Positions 1-12,317 of a DNA stretch of 64,000 nt are shown here, piece by piece. The DNA comes from Mobula hypostoma (Eukaryota): the NCBI RefSeq assembly GCF_963921235.1, contig NC_086097.1:15128001-15192000 (forward strand), in the 5' to 3' direction. Within the stretch, counting starts at the first letter, position 1, and every line of letters starts with the position of its first letter. Both the position numbers and the translations under genes were made by a program. The notes below the pieces were generated by a model. That model did not search any database and had not been told where the DNA came from. It worked only from the letters and a program-made list of their open reading frames with translations.

Positions 1-1068
1 GAGATGTCAAAACTTCTGTTATTATGTATGGAGAAACTGAGGAAATAGTTACTTCTGTTTGTGGACAGGGCCACAGATTTAACATTTGGGTGTCAGCCAT
101 GGCTATAAGCAGCACTGGGGCCCCACAGGGGACTGTGTTGGCTCCCTTCCTGTTTACCTTGCATACATTAGACTTTAGATACAACACTGAGTCATGTCAT
201 CTGCAGAAATTCTCTGATGACTCTGCAATAGTTCGGTGTATAAAGGGAGGACAGGAGGATGAATACAGGGCCCCGGTGGAGGACTTTGTCAAATGGTGCA
301 AACTGAATCATCTGCAGCTCAACATCACATAGCAAAGGAGATGGTGATGGACTTTAGGAAGACCAAGCCTGCACTGCTCCGTTACTATTGATGGTGAGGA
401 CGTGGATGTGGTGAGGACCTACAAGTACCTGGGGGGCACCTAGATTGCAGACTTGACTGCAGCACCAACATAGAAGCTGTGTACAAAAGAGTCACCTCTA
501 CTTCTTGAGGAGACTGAGGTCCTTTGGATTATGCAGGCCTCTCCTTCACACATTCTAACAATCTGTTGTTGCCAGTATAATCTTCTATGTGGTGGTGTGC
601 TGGGGCAGTGGCATCAACATGGGTGATGCCAACAGGCTCAATAAACTGATTAGAAAGGCTGGCTTTGTTATAGGAGTCAAACCGAACACACTGAAGACTG
701 TGGTAGAACGAAGGACCCTAAGAAAATCCTGGCAATTCTGGACAATGTTTCTCACCCTCTGCATGCAATCCTAGCTGAACAGGGGAGCACTTTTAGTAAT
801 AGACTAAGGTAACTGTGCTACTCCCAAGAGTGCTATATGAGGTTATTCTTACCTTCAGCCATTAGGCTCTATAATGAATCAACCTATAGCTGGAGAAGTG
901 ATGGCCCCGTCCTGTTAGGACTGTTTGTGGTAACTTATTTTTTATTCTTTCTACTTCTCTTCTAATATTTGTATATCTGTGCACTTGTAATGCTACTGTG
1001 ACACTGCAACACACATCAAAGTTGCTGGTGAATGCAGCAGGCCAGGCAGCATCTCTAGGAAGAGGTAC

Positions 1069-1104
1069 AGTCGACGTTTCGGGCCGAGACCCTTCGTCAG
1101 GACT
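1069..1104 (-). ncRNA. Minimal type I hammerhead ribozyme, intact core, in the Penelope terminal repeat
   Basis: Minus strand reads AGUC CUGACGA A GGGU CUCG GCCC GAAA CG UC GACU. This gives stem I AGUC/GACU, the conserved CUGANGA and GAAA boxes, a 4-bp stem II, a palindromic ACGU in place of stem III, and a GUC cleavage triplet. Confidence 0.85.
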
Positions 1105-1797
1105 AACTGAAGGAAGAGCTAGTAAGAGATTTGAAAGTGGGGGGGGGGAGATCCAAAATGATAGGAGAAGACAGGAGGGGGAGGGATGGAGCCAAGAGCT
1201 GGACAGGTGATTGGCAAAAGGGATATGAGAGGATCATGGGACAGGAGGCCCAGGGAGAAGGAAAAGGGGGAAGGGGGGGGAACCCAGAGGATGGGCAAGG
1301 GGTATAGTCAGAGGGACAGAGGGAGAAAAAGGAGAGTGAGAGAAAGAATGTGTGTATATAAATAAATAACGGATGGGGTACGAGGGGGAGGTGGGGCATT
1401 AGTGGACATTAGAGAAAGATGAAGCCACAATCACGTTGGAGGAACAACACCTTATATTCCGTCTGGGTAGCCTCCAACCTGATGGCATGAACATTGACTT
1501 CTCTAACTTCCGCTAATGCCCCACCTCCCCCTCGTACCCCATCTTTTATTTTTATACACACATTCTTTCTCTCACTCTCCTTTTTCTCCCTCTGTCCCTT
1601 TTTCTATACACCCTTTGCCCATCCTCTGGGTTCCCCCCCCCTTTTCCTTCTCCCTGGGCCTCCTGTCCCATGATCCTCTCATATCCCTTTTGCCAATCAC
1701 CTGTCCAGCTTTTGGCTCCATCCCTCCCCCTCCTGTCTTCTCCTATCACTTTGGATCTCCCCCTCTCCCTCCCACTTTCAAAGCTCTTCCTTCAGTT

Positions 1798-1836
1798 AGT
1801 CCCGACGAAGAAGAGTCTCGGCCCGAAACGTCGACT
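1798..1836 (+). ncRNA. Hammerhead ribozyme copy with a mutated core (probably inactive)
   Basis: agtc CCGACGA agaagagtctcggccc GAAACGTC gact: U4 is changed to C and there is an insertion before stem II. Confidence 0.7.
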
Positions 1837-2009
1837 GTACCTCTTCCTAGAGATGCTGCCTGGCCTGCTGCGTTCACCAGCAACTTTGATGTGTGTTGCT
1901 TGAATTTCCAGCATCTGCAGAATTCCTCGTGTTTACATTGTGACACTGTAATTTCCTTTGGGATCAGTAAAGTATCTATCTATCTATCTACAGCTACAAG
2001 GTGGATGTG

Positions 2010-2660
2010 AAACAGAAGAAAGACTGCTCGTGCTGGAAGTCCAGAGCAACACACAAAGTGCAGAGTAATACAACAGATCAGGTAGCGTCGGTGGAAGGAA
2101 TAGAACATTCAAGAATGTGTGGTGAGATCCTTCATCAGGACTGGAAAGAAAAAGGGGAGATTACGGGTATATAAAGGTGGGGGGAAGGGGTTGATCAAAA
2201 GCTTGCTGGTGATAGGAAGAGTTGATAGGCAAATGAGGGAGGGGGAGAGCAAGAATGATGTACAAAGCTGGTAGGTCATAGGTGGTAGGAACAAAGAGCT
2301 GAAGAAGATGGAATCTGGTAGGAGAGGACAGTTGACCATGGAATAAAGTGAGAGGTCAGGAAGGTGGAAGGTGTGTGTGGCAGGCAGATCAAGAGGATGA
2401 GGGAAGGAAAAAAACAAAGGGTTGATGGGATAGAGGAAAACCTGGGGACAGGGGTTGTTTACTGGAAGTTAAAGAAATTGGTGCTCATGCCATCTGATGA
2501 AGACTACCAAGGCAGAATATGAAGTTCTGTTTCTCTGTTCTGCATCGAGCCTCCACTTGGTCATGAACAGACATGTCAGTGTGAGAATGGGAAATGGAGT
2601 TAAAAGGACTGGCCACCAGGAGACGCTGGATGCAACGACAGATGGAAGATAGATGTGAAC
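2010..2660 (-). mobile_element. Old Penelope-like element 3' fragment
   Basis: Degenerate hammerhead box (ccttcatcaggact at about 2129-2142), purine-rich UTR and decayed GIY-YIG C-terminal sequence homologous to 1418-1516. Confidence 0.7.
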
Positions 2661-2828
2661 ATACGAGCGAATAGGATCAGGAGCTTGTGATTCTAGATGT
2701 ATCGAAATAGAATCAACCAACACCTTCAGTAGGTACTTGAAGAGGCACTTTAGGTGAATAATTTGGATGACTACAGGGAAAGAAATGGGGAATTGTAAGA
2801 TGCTATTGATCTACCAGGGGCTGATATA

Positions 2829-3019
2829 CACTCAATGGCCACTTTATTAAGTAGAGCATAGAATAGTACAGCACAGTACAGGCCCTTCCGCCCACAATGT
2901 TGTGCCGACCCTCAAACCCTGCCTCCCATATAAGCCCCCACCTTAGATTCCTCCATATACCTGTCTAGTAGTCTCTTAAACTTCACTACATGAGGTATTT
3001 AGTAAATGGCCTCTCAGTG
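2829..3019. mobile_element. Tc1/mariner-type MITE remnant containing a CR1 3' tail
   Basis: TA-cactcaatggccactttattaagta ... tatttagtaaatggcctctcagtg-TA forms imperfect TIRs with TA flanks. Confidence 0.55.
2853..2989 (-). mobile_element. Young CR1 LINE extreme 3' end
   Basis: Reverse complement is nearly identical to the 3' ends at about 18075-18212, 22310-22452 and 52550-52688. Confidence 0.9.
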
Positions 3020-3235
3020 TATTCTTCCCCTGCTGAAACACCACATTGAGAGCTCCAGATTACTATACACATTCTCACAGATTGGTGAGTACTTTGCAGA
3101 AAACATCTGTTCAATTGGCACGAGTGATCCTAAACTTCCAGTTGGCTACATCTTCAATTCTCCGTCTCACTCTCACTGTCTTTGGCCTCTTACCCTGCTA
3201 CAACAAACAACATCGTAAACTTTGGCAACCATGTA

Positions 3236-3970
3236 TCGAAGTTCCAAGTAAATTGTATTATCAGAGTACATTCGTATATGTCACCAGATACAACCCTGAG
3301 ATACATTCTCCTGCTGGCTTACTCAGCAAATCTATAGCATACTAACCGTAACAGATTCAATGAAAGATCAACCAGAAGACAAGAAACTGTGCAAATGCAA
3401 ATATAAATAAATAATAATAAATAATGAGAACATCAAATAACAAGATAAGGAGTCTTTAAAATGAGATTCTTGGTTGTGGGAACATCTCAATGGATGGGCA
3501 TGTGAGTGTAGTTACCCCCTTTTGTTCAAGAGCCTGATGGTTGAGGGGTAGTAACTGTTCCTGAACCTGGTGGTGTGAGTCCTGAGGCTCTTGTATCTTC
3601 TACCTGATGGCAGCAGCAAGTAAAGAGCATGACCTCAGTGGTGAGGTCTCTAATGATGGATGCTGCTTTCCTACAACAGCATTTCATGTAGATGTGCTCA
3701 ATGGTTAGGAGGGCTTTGCTTGTGAAGTACTGGGGCAAATCCACTACCTTTTGCAGGATTTTCCTTTCAAATGGTGCCCCACACAGACTTCCAATCTGCG
3801 CCTTGTGAGGCATGAAAATGCCCGACGCAGGCCTCTCATGGTCTGAGTCGACGTTCCCTCCCCTTCCTTTCAAAGACATTGGTGTTTCCATACCAGGCCA
3901 TGATGCAGCCAGTCGATACACTCTCCATTACACAGCTATAGAAATTTTGATGACACGCCGAATCTCTGCA
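3236..3970 (-). mobile_element. Rex/Babar-like LINE 3' fragment (GCIxAWYGN...KAASIIxD...LLPSGRRY family)
   Basis: ORFs 3836..4018 and 3526..3921 carry MESVSTGCIMAWYGNT and CCRKAASIIRD. The 3' UTR is shared with many copies in the window. Confidence 0.8.
3772..3863 (+). mobile_element. 5'-truncated tRNA-SINE copy (3' part only) with an 11-bp TSD
   Basis: TTCCTTTCAAA at 3761-3771 and 3864-3874. The insert matches the 3' end of the full SINE at 39296-39535. Confidence 0.85.
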
Positions 3971-4567
3971 GACTCCATGTATCATCTTCAAATGAGGCTT
4001 TTGGGACTCAAAATTCATTCAAAAGTTTCAGATTACCATCCTCTCCAGTTTATATCACTTCTGATGAAAGATCACACTTAATTTCAAAACGTGTAGATGA
4101 ACAATCTGCATTGTAGCTCAGTGTATGTAAATAATCTCAGGAGACACACTAGTCCTTTCACATCTTATGGGTGTGGGAAATGGGCCCAACATAAGCAAGC
4201 AGGGCTATCTCAGATAGACACCTTGGCCAACATGCACAAGTTGGGCCAAAGGGCCTGCTAGGCTGCTGTCTGTCTCGATGACTCCTCTGTTCTGAGCAAT
4301 TAGGGATCCAAACCTGAGGGGCAATGATTATTTCACTGAAATGTACTATGTTCAGCATTCACAACTGTCATGGTCCCGACAGAACAGCCACAGGCATCCA
4401 AGTTTTGGTGCTCCAACTCCCCAGAGTATGGTTAGCCACCAGTATCCGTTTAAGACTCAGACTGCCAATTATTGCCTATCATGTTACTTCATGGAAAAAA
4501 TGAATTTAAAGGCCTCATAGCTGAGCACTCTGCTCAGTGAGTTCTATTTCTGTTTGTGATTTTGCCT

Positions 4568-5330
4568 TCAGATTTCCATAAGATACAGGAGCAGAATTAA
4601 GCCATTTGGCTCCTTGAGTCCACTCTCCCATTTCATCATGAGGATCCAAATATCCTCTCCGCTCCAATCTCCTGCCTTCTCCCCATATCCCTTCGTGCCC
4701 TGACCAATCAAGAATCTATCAACCTCTGCCTTAAGTACACATAAAGACTTGGCCTCCACAGCTGTCTGTAGCAAAGAATTCCACAGATTCACCGCTCTCT
4801 GACTAAAATTCCTCCTCATCTCCATTCTAAAAGGATGCCCCTCTATTCTAAGGCTGTCCTCTGGTCTTAAGACTCTCCCATCACAGGAAACATCCTCTCC
4901 ACATCCACTCTATGAAGGCCTTTCACCATTAAATAGATTTCAATGAGGTCACCCCTTATCCTTCTGAATTCTCGTGAATACAGACCCAGGGCCATAAATG
5001 TTCTTCATATGACAAGCCATTGAATCCCAGAATCATTTTCATCAACCTCCCTTGAACCCTCTGCAGTTTCAGTACATCCTTTCTAAGATCAGGGGCCCCA
5101 AACTGCTCACAATACTCCAAGTGAGGCCTCACCAGACCCTCAACATTACATCCTTGCTTTTATATTCTAGTTCTTGAAATGAATGCTAACATCCTATTTG
5201 CCTTCCTCACCACTGTCTCAACCTGTAAATTACCCTTTAGGGAATCCTGCACAAGGACTCCTAACTCCCCTTGTGCCTCAGACTTTTGTATTTTATCTCC
5301 ATTTAGAAAATAGTCAACCCTTTCATTTCT
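4568..5330 (-). mobile_element. CR1 LINE 3' fragment
   Basis: ORF 4568..4825 EMRRNFSQRAVNLWNSL...FKAEVDRFL-like CR1 ORF2 C-terminus, with upstream decayed LVRPHLEYC. Confidence 0.85.
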
Positions 5331-5794
5331 TGTTTGTGTGGTCTTGTTTATCTTGAGTCTGATTTAATTCTAGACTTTACTCTGCAGTTGGTTCATCACC
5401 ATCCACAGCTATCTCATTACAACAATGTGTTCTCCTCTGCATTAGGTAAGTACAACACAGTTGGGGAACCTCAGTGAAGTGTCTGCACCCAATCCACAGG
5501 AGAGGCCCTAAGTGCCCACTTATCTGCATCCCATTCCCACTCTGACCAATCAGTCAGAGCTACTTGCACTGTTGTAATGAGGCCCAATGTAAATTTGTGA
5601 ACAGTTCCTTATTTTCCTTTTGGGAATGCTGTTAGCATTCCGAATTCATTATTTAATGCTGCAATCCTAGGCAACTTACTTTCTTGCTTTGGATCAGAAA
5701 TTATCATTTATGCTTGAAGTCATCCACTTGTGAAACTGTTTTTCTCTCTCGAACCTGCTGAGAATGTTCTAAGTCTTACATTTTTCTGTCCCTT

Positions 5795-6082
5795 TGTGCG
5801 GTTGCGTAGCAGTTAACGCGACACTATTCCAGCCCGGTGCATTGGATTCAGAGTTCAATTCCAGTGCTTTCTATAAGGACTTTGTACGTCCTCCCCGTGA
5901 ACATGTGGGTTTCCTCCGGGTGCTCTGGTTTCCTCCCACAGTCGTAAGATGTACTGGTTATTGGGTTAATTGGTCATTGCAAATTGTCCTGTGATTAGGC
6001 TAGTATTAAATAGGTAGGTTGCTGGTTGGTGTGGCTTATTGGTCCAGAAGGGCCTGTTGTGAGCTGTATCTCTAAATAAAAT
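5795..6082 (+). mobile_element. tRNA-derived V-type SINE
   Basis: Degenerate A box (gcgtagcagtt) and B box (gagttcaattcc), V-domain tgggtttcctccgggtgctctggtttcctcccacagtc, and a CR1-like 3' end. Confidence 0.8.
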
Positions 6083-7002
6083 TAGTACAATAATCTCACT
6101 CTCACATTGCACAGTTTCTGTTCATGATCCCTTGATCTAACTCTCCTCATGAATGCATCAATAGGATAAGCTCGCAAATGAAACCTCACTGAACCCCTGG
6201 TCTCACCCCAATGAAGTATTCCCTTTGTCCCTATCCATAGAAGAGTCACACTTCTGAAACATTCATTCTGTTCCTCGGTCCCCGGATGCCACTTTACCTC
6301 TTGAGTATTTGTGCATTTTCTGTTTTTATTTCATATTCTGTTATTTTTTATTCCCAGCACCTGCTTCTTTTTGTTTGGATTTCATTTGCAGTTTGTGGCC
6401 TTGTGTCCGACTCGTGCTGAAATCTATTCACCCTGGGATACTAATGACGATAGGGGAGAAGGCCAAACAGAATACAAAGGGTGCCGGCCGGTTTTGTAGA
6501 TGTGCAGTTAGACATATGCAGTTGTCAGCTTTCTGTCAGTGAAAAGACAGGCCTCCCTTCTATGAAACCCACACACACTCGAAAGCAACAGTCACAATAC
6601 ATCACTGAGAAAGCTGCTCTTCATAGTTCAATGTCAAACGTAACCTTGATAGTTATTCCCGGACAACATCTCCTCTTACTAGCAGAGGAAACATTTCGGT
6701 TGGCCAAGACTCTGAGAGACACTTCAGAGAAACTATTCATTCAGTCTTCAAGAAGGAGCCTAGCAGCTGGTGAGGTGCAAGGTCATGCAGTCTGTGAAGA
6801 CTTCTGACTGTGCTGAGTTAACTCACTTGAACCAAGGAGATGTTGCAGGCACTGGCAGTGGGATGGAGGAGTCAGTCAGTATGACTTCTGTTAGAGTCTG
6901 GAATGAGCTGCTTTCATAGAGTCACAGAGCACGACTGCACAGGGACAGGCCCTTCAGCCCTTTTAGTCTGTGCCAGCCTGGTCTTCTGCCTAGTCCCATT
7001 TA

Positions 7003-7335
7003 ATTACAAACACAGGTGTGTAAAAAGGGCCTGTAGGATCACTGGGGACCTGAGTCACCCCAACCACAATCTATTCCAGCTGCTACCATCCAGGAAACGG
7101 TACCGTAGCATAAAAGCCAGGACCAACAGGCTCCCACACAGCTTCTTCCACCAGGCCATCAGACTGATGAACTCACGCTGATTTGAGTGTATTTCTATGT
7201 TACATTGACTGTTCTATTTATTATAAATTATTATAAATTACTATTATTGCACATTGCACATTTAGATGGAGACGTATTGTAAAGATTTTTACTCTTCATG
7301 TATGTGAAGGATGTAAGAAATGAAGGCAAATCAAT
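7003..7335 (+). mobile_element. Rex/Babar-like LINE 3' fragment
   Basis: ORF 6903..7181 ends HPNHNLFQLLPSRKRYRSIKARTNRLxxSFFHQAIRLMNS. Confidence 0.8.
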
Positions 7336-7339
7336 TCCA

Positions 7340-7705
7340 CACCTCTCTCATCCACTTAACTATCCGAACTCTCTCAATTGTTACAGTTAAACCCACATCC
7401 ACCACTTGAGCTGACAGCTCGTTCCACACTCACACCACCCTCTAATTGAAGAATTTTTGCCTCAGATTCTCCTTAAATATTTCACCTTTCACCCTAAACC
7501 TATGACCTCTAGTTCTAGTCTCACCCAACCGGATGAGAAAAAGCTTGCTTGCATTCACCCTGTCATTACCCCTCATAATTGTGTATACCTCTATAACCAA
7601 GGGGTCCCTACGGGTGCCTTGCTGAATGGTATTGGTGCACGGCATAAAAAAGTTTGGAAATACCTGATCTATAAGATCTCCCCTCATTCTCCTGCACTCC
7701 AGTGC
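7340..7705 (-). mobile_element. CR1 LINE fragment hosting a MITE
   Basis: MRGDLI...EVYTIMRGNDRV...TRTRGHRFRVKGE in ORF 7442..7687. Confidence 0.8.
7597..7666. mobile_element. About 70-80 bp hAT-type MITE
   Basis: Degenerate TIRs caaggggtccc / ggaaatacctg with (c/a)tctataa on both sides. Homologous to 21764-21842 and 59949-60028. Confidence 0.65.
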
Positions 7706-8239
7706 ATGGGTGGCAGCAACGGCTCCAACACAACCATCAAAAGCTTAACAGAACATGTACTTGAAAAGTGGGGGAGAAAAAACAATCCCAAAATTCTTCA
7801 AAGGCATTCAAAAATGAACCGGACAGGCCAAGGAAAATTAATTTGTAGGGCTTTGGGGAATGAACAGAGGAACAGAACTGACTGGATTGTCACACCAAAG
7901 AGCTAGCACAACCTTTGTCACTGCCAGGATACTTCTATAAGGTGTGAGGAAAGGGCAGAGGAAGAGGGGTTGATTGGATAGATTATTCAGAGCTGCTCAG
8001 TAAATTAGGCAAGTATGCCTTCAGCGCCTTCATCCAGATCATTTATATAAATTGTAAAAGGTTGAGGCCCCAGCACAGATCCTGTGGTATCTCATTTATT
8101 AAATGATGCCAGCTGATGAGGTACCCATTAGCAGTTCCTCACTGTTTCCTGTTAACTGATCTATCCATCCATGCCAAATGTGTTACGTCAAACATCATTA
8201 GCTTTTATTTCCCATAATAATCGTTGATTTCCCACCATA

Positions 8240-8780
8240 GTCACGGTCTGGTATGGAAACACTAATGCCCAAGAAGAGAGAAGCCTACAGAAATTGGTAG
8301 ACACAGCCCAGCCCATCACAGGCCTCCTCTCCACTGAGCACTTCTACAAGGAGCACTGCCACAAGAAAGCAGCGTCCATCGTCAAGGGTCCCCACAATCC
8401 AGGCCTCGATGTCTTTTCGCTGCTGCCATTGGGAAGAAAGTCCCACACCACCAGCTTCAGGAAACAGTTATCCTTCAAGCATCAGGCTCCTGAACCAGCG
8501 TGGATAACTTCACTCACCTCAACTCTCAACTGACTACACAGTCTATGGACTCACTGTCAAGGACCCTACAACTTATGTTCTCAGTATTATTTATTTACTT
8601 TTTTTTTCTTTTCACAGTTTATCTTCTTTTGCACATTGGTTGTTTGCCAGTCTCATTCGTATATATGCTTCATTGATTTTATTGTATTTCTCTGTTCCTC
8701 TGTGAATGCCCATAAGAGAATGAATCTCAGGGTAGTATATACATACGTACATTGATAATAAATTAGTTTAGAACTTTGTA
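8240..8780 (+). mobile_element. Rex/Babar-like LINE 3' fragment
   Basis: WYGNT...HKKAASIVKGPHNPG..FSLLPLGR followed by the family 3' UTR. Confidence 0.8.
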
Positions 8781-9221
8781 CTTGGAAGTTGATGTGTCAC
8801 CTCATCAAATGCTCCTGTGTATTTAGTTATAGTACATCCACTGGGCCGCCCTTATCTATAGCTCTGGCTGCTTCTTCAAAGGACTCGAATGAGTTGATCA
8901 AACAGGAATTCCTCTCACAAACCATAATGACTTTGCCTGACTGTTTTGATTTTCAAGTGCCCTGCAATAACACCTCTCATAATAACTTCTAACATTTTCC
9001 CTGTGACAATGTTAGCCTAAACCAGAGGACATATGTTTGAGGTAAGCGGAGGAAAGTCCAAGGGGAGATGTCGGAGTTAAGTTGTTTACACACACAGAGT
9101 GGTATGTGCTTAAAACACACTGTAGTAGAGGTTGATACAATAGGGACACTTACAGACTCTTAGACAGGCAGATGAATGTACGAAAAATGAAAGGTTATGG
9201 GCTGTGTAGGAGGGAAGGGTT

Positions 9222-9690
9222 AGATGGATTTTAACTCTGATTCCCATTCCTGTTCCAACGTGTCAGTCCATGGACTCCTCTTGTGCCATGATGAAGCCAC
9301 CCTCAGGGTGGAGGAGCAACACCTTATATTCTGTCTAGGCATCCTCCAACCTGATGGCATGAACATCAAATTCGCCTTCCAGTAAACAAGTTCCACTGCC
9401 TCCCTTCCTCTATTCCTCACTCTGACCTTTTACTTCTTCACACCTGCCTATTGCTTCCCCAGGGTCTCGTCCTCCTCCTTTTCCTCCTACGGTCCACTTT
9501 CCTCTCCTATTAGATTCCTTCTTCTCCAGCCCTTGACCTGTCCCACCCACCTGGCTTCACCTGTCACCTTCCAGCTAGCCTCCTTCCCCTCCCCCACCCC
9601 ACCCATCTTTTTATTCTGGCAGTTCCCCCTTCCTCCTCAGTCATGATGAAGGGTTTACTCTTTCCCATAGATGCTGCCTGACCTACTTTC
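9222..9690 (+). mobile_element. Penelope-like element 3' fragment
   Basis: Encodes DEATLRVEEQHLIFCLGILQPDGMNI, followed by a pyrimidine-rich UTR and a partial hammerhead (agtcatgatgaaggg). Confidence 0.8.
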
Positions 9691-10159
9691 TGTTTCAGTC
9701 CCAATTGAATATAAGAGTTACAATTGCTATTTACAAACAAATGGCATCCTTCCCAATTCTTAGCAGTTTTGGAAAATAAAAACCAACAGATCAGCTGTGT
9801 AACTGTCCACATCATGTTTTTTTTTCACCCCCAAGTGGCATCACCTGAGTTCTGCTCAGCTGCTGAGGACTGGGGTGAAACATGGGACTTCTTTCCTTCT
9901 CTGAAGCATTATTTGCACTCACAGTTAGAATGATGACATGCCCAAGAGGATGTGAATCTATTATGACTTGGCAATCTTTGAGAGCCAGAAGAAATATTAA
10001 GTTTGAGGAAAAATAATCATCTAAACAACCCTCGCCTTTTGCCTCAACTGTCACAGCAGTACACAAAACCTGGCCCTTGAAGAACTTGAACACCATTGTG
10101 TCAGAGCAAGTTGGCAGAGAAGTGTTAAAGTGCTCAGTTACGCTGATGACTTCCAAGAG

Positions 10160-10470
10160 GACCTGGTCATGGTTTGGAGGCTTGCGTGCCTCAATGACCT
10201 GGAGAACTATGTTGGCTGGAGATAGGGCTTCATGCTTTATGGTCACTCATGCCAAGCAGGTCAAAGGGTAGAGGCCAGACTAAGAGAGGTCTACTTGTCC
10301 TCCAGGTTCGGGGGTTCATCTCAGGGCTACAACCCTGACTAGTAAAACAAAATTGTTATGGAAACCGCAATGAAGAATCCTTCCACATCTGAGTGTCCAA
10401 GGACAGAGAGATGGAGGACCTTCATTGCTACCCTCAACACCAGCAGGCATAATGGGCAGTAAGTAAGTCA
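10160..10470 (+). mobile_element. Short non-autonomous RTE-type element (5' leader joined to 3' end, (TAAG)n tail)
   Basis: Homologous to 12318-12645. The leader tgtcatggtttggaggcttgcgtgcctcaatgac...ctatgttg resembles RTE-clade 5' UTRs. It ends gggcagtaagtaagt. Confidence 0.65.
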
Positions 10471-10884
10471 AACTGGCACCCCAGGATAAATTTCCAAGCA
10501 GAGATTATCCAAACTATAAACAACAAACGATGTGCTGGAGGAAGTCAGTGACTTTATCAGCATCTTCATGAGTAAAGGAATCGTTGATGTTTCATGCTGA
10601 TATTTTGCAGGACTCCTGTGTCTCCATTATCCAAATTATGATTTAATCCTTGAAGCCCAAGAGTTAAGTGGTGTCGTGATTGAAGTTTTCAGTAGTATGT
10701 TAAGAGGCATTGATTGCTGAGGAGACGGTGGGTGGAGAGCATAGTATGATCATCACAGTTGGTGTTGGTAAGGGGGCTTATTATTGCCACAAGTAACAAG
10801 ATAAAATGTAAAACTTAGTTTTTCAAGCCATCCAAAATATTGAGGTAGGACAAGGGAAAAGCCATAAACAGTGCAGAAACATAA

Positions 10885-11445
10885 ACAGGAGAAATTCTTT
10901 GGATGCTGGAAATTCAGATTAACACACACAAAATACTGGAGGAACTCAGCAGATCAGGCAGCATCCATGGAACTGAATAAAAATCAACTTTTTGGACCGA
11001 GACCCTTCTTCAGGACTGGAAAGAAAGGTGGAAGACGCCAGAATAAAAAGGTGGGGGGTGGGGAAGGAGGATAGATCGGAGGTGATAGGTGAAGCCAGGT
11101 GGGTAGGAGAGATAAAAGGCTGGAGAGGAAGGAGTCTGATTGGAGAGTGGACCATAGGAGAAAGGGAAGGAGGAGGAGGACGAGGTAAGAGGCCAGAGTG
11201 GGGAATAGCAGAAGAGGGGAGGATGGAGAAAATTTTTTTTACTGGAAGGATAAATCAATATTCATACCATCAGGGTGGAGACTACCCAGGTGAAATACAA
11301 GGTGTTGCTCCTTCACCCTGAGGGTGGCCTCCTCTTGGCAAAAGAAGAGGCCAGGGACTGGCATGTCATAATGGGAATGGGAATTCAATTTAAAATGTCT
11401 GGCCACCAGAAAGTTCCTCTTTAGGCAGATGAGAGGAGGTGCAGA
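10885..11445 (-). mobile_element. Penelope-like element 3' fragment
   Basis: ORF 11239..11484 ...VARHFKLNSHSH...EEATLRVKEQHLVFHLGSLHPDGMNID, with a decayed hammerhead at 10982-11017. Confidence 0.85.
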
Positions 11446-11499
11446 ATACACTGTTACAGTTTCAGAGAAAGAGGCAAAGAACATGTAGATAGCCAGGGA

Positions 11500-11780
11500 C
11501 TTTTCCCCAGGCTACAAATGGCGAATATGAGGCTGCATTAATTTTAAGGTGATGGAGGAAAGCATAGGGAGATGTCAGGGGTAAGAATTTTAGACAATGT
11601 GGGTGCGTGAAATTTTCTGTCAGGGTGGTAGAGGCATTTCAGGAACAGTTAAATAGGAATATGGATGATAAAAAATGGAGGGCCATGTTGGAGGAATGGG
11701 TTAGGTTGATCTTAGAGTAGGCTGGCACAACATCATGGGCTGAAGGGCCTGTGCTGTACTGTAGTATTCTATTCTCTGTC
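11500..11780 (+). mobile_element. CR1 LINE 3' fragment
   Basis: Decayed LFPR...RGH.FKV segment and the CR1 3' hairpin/tail gggctgaagggcctgtgctgtactgtagtattctattct. Confidence 0.7.
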
Positions 11781-11789
11781 TTCTAAAGT

Positions 11790-12182
11790 GTAGTGCATAG
11801 GTAGTGGGGTGGAGACACGTCTGTACCAAAGGAGATGTAAGTGCTCCGTCCCTCTGCTCACCTGCAGGTCACCCTTGGGCAAGGGGTAGCACCTGCTCAG
11901 CCCCCGATCAGGGTCACGTGAAGCTATGGGAGAAGGTGGTGGATAATCGTATGAACAGCTGGTGCATATCACAAGTCCTGGTTATGCCACCACTGAGGCC
12001 AGGCAGACAATCTCTGACGAGTATTGATAATGGCTGGAGTCACCTGTCTAAATTTTAAAGACACTACCCAGAAGAAGGCAATGACAAACCACTTCTGTAG
12101 AAAAATTTGCCTAGAACAATTATGGTCATGGAGGACCATGATCGTCTACATCATACAACACAGCACCTAATGATGATGATGA
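11790..12182 (+). mobile_element. Non-autonomous RTE-related repeat with a (TGA)n tail
   Basis: Homologous copies at 31221-31600 (-) and 36190-36445 (+). Contains g(g/a)caaaccacttctgta and ends atgatgatgatga. Confidence 0.65.
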
Positions 12183-12317
12183 AAGTGTGGCGCAGGTAGA
12201 TCAAAACGTGCAAGGGCATGACGAGGATGTTTTCAGACGTTTTTATCCTGTGTCTGCTCACAGGAGGGAGGACAGAGAGTATCTGGTGTGGAAAGGTTTT
12301 TCACCAAGCGGACCACA

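Larger units (their letters stand above)
1007..1938 (+). mobile_element. Penelope-like element fragment with inverted terminal arms and a 10-bp TSD
   Basis: Arms 1007-1416 and 1499-1898 are reverse complements. 1418-1516 encodes DEATITLEEQHLIFRLGSLQPDGMNIDFSNFR*, resembling a GIY-YIG endonuclease C-terminus. TGTGACACTG is repeated at 997-1006 and 1939-1948. Confidence 0.9.
90..1990 (+). mobile_element. 5'-truncated Rex1/Babar-type LINE (RT and C-terminal pseudo-ORF, 3' UTR, (TATC)n tail), interrupted by a Penelope-like insertion at 1007-1938
   Basis: ORF 24..332 contains STGAPQGTVLAPFLFTL...QKFSDDSAIV (RT motifs). It continues with stops and frameshifts to about 890. The 3' end reads tttcctttgggatcagtaaag(tatc)n at 1952-1990. 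A homologous copy lies at 58165-59140. Confidence 0.9.

Noticed and set aside
6392..6480. Plus-strand exon after tttcatttgcag
   Set aside because: Weak donor (gtgccg), unrecognised peptides and no partner exons.
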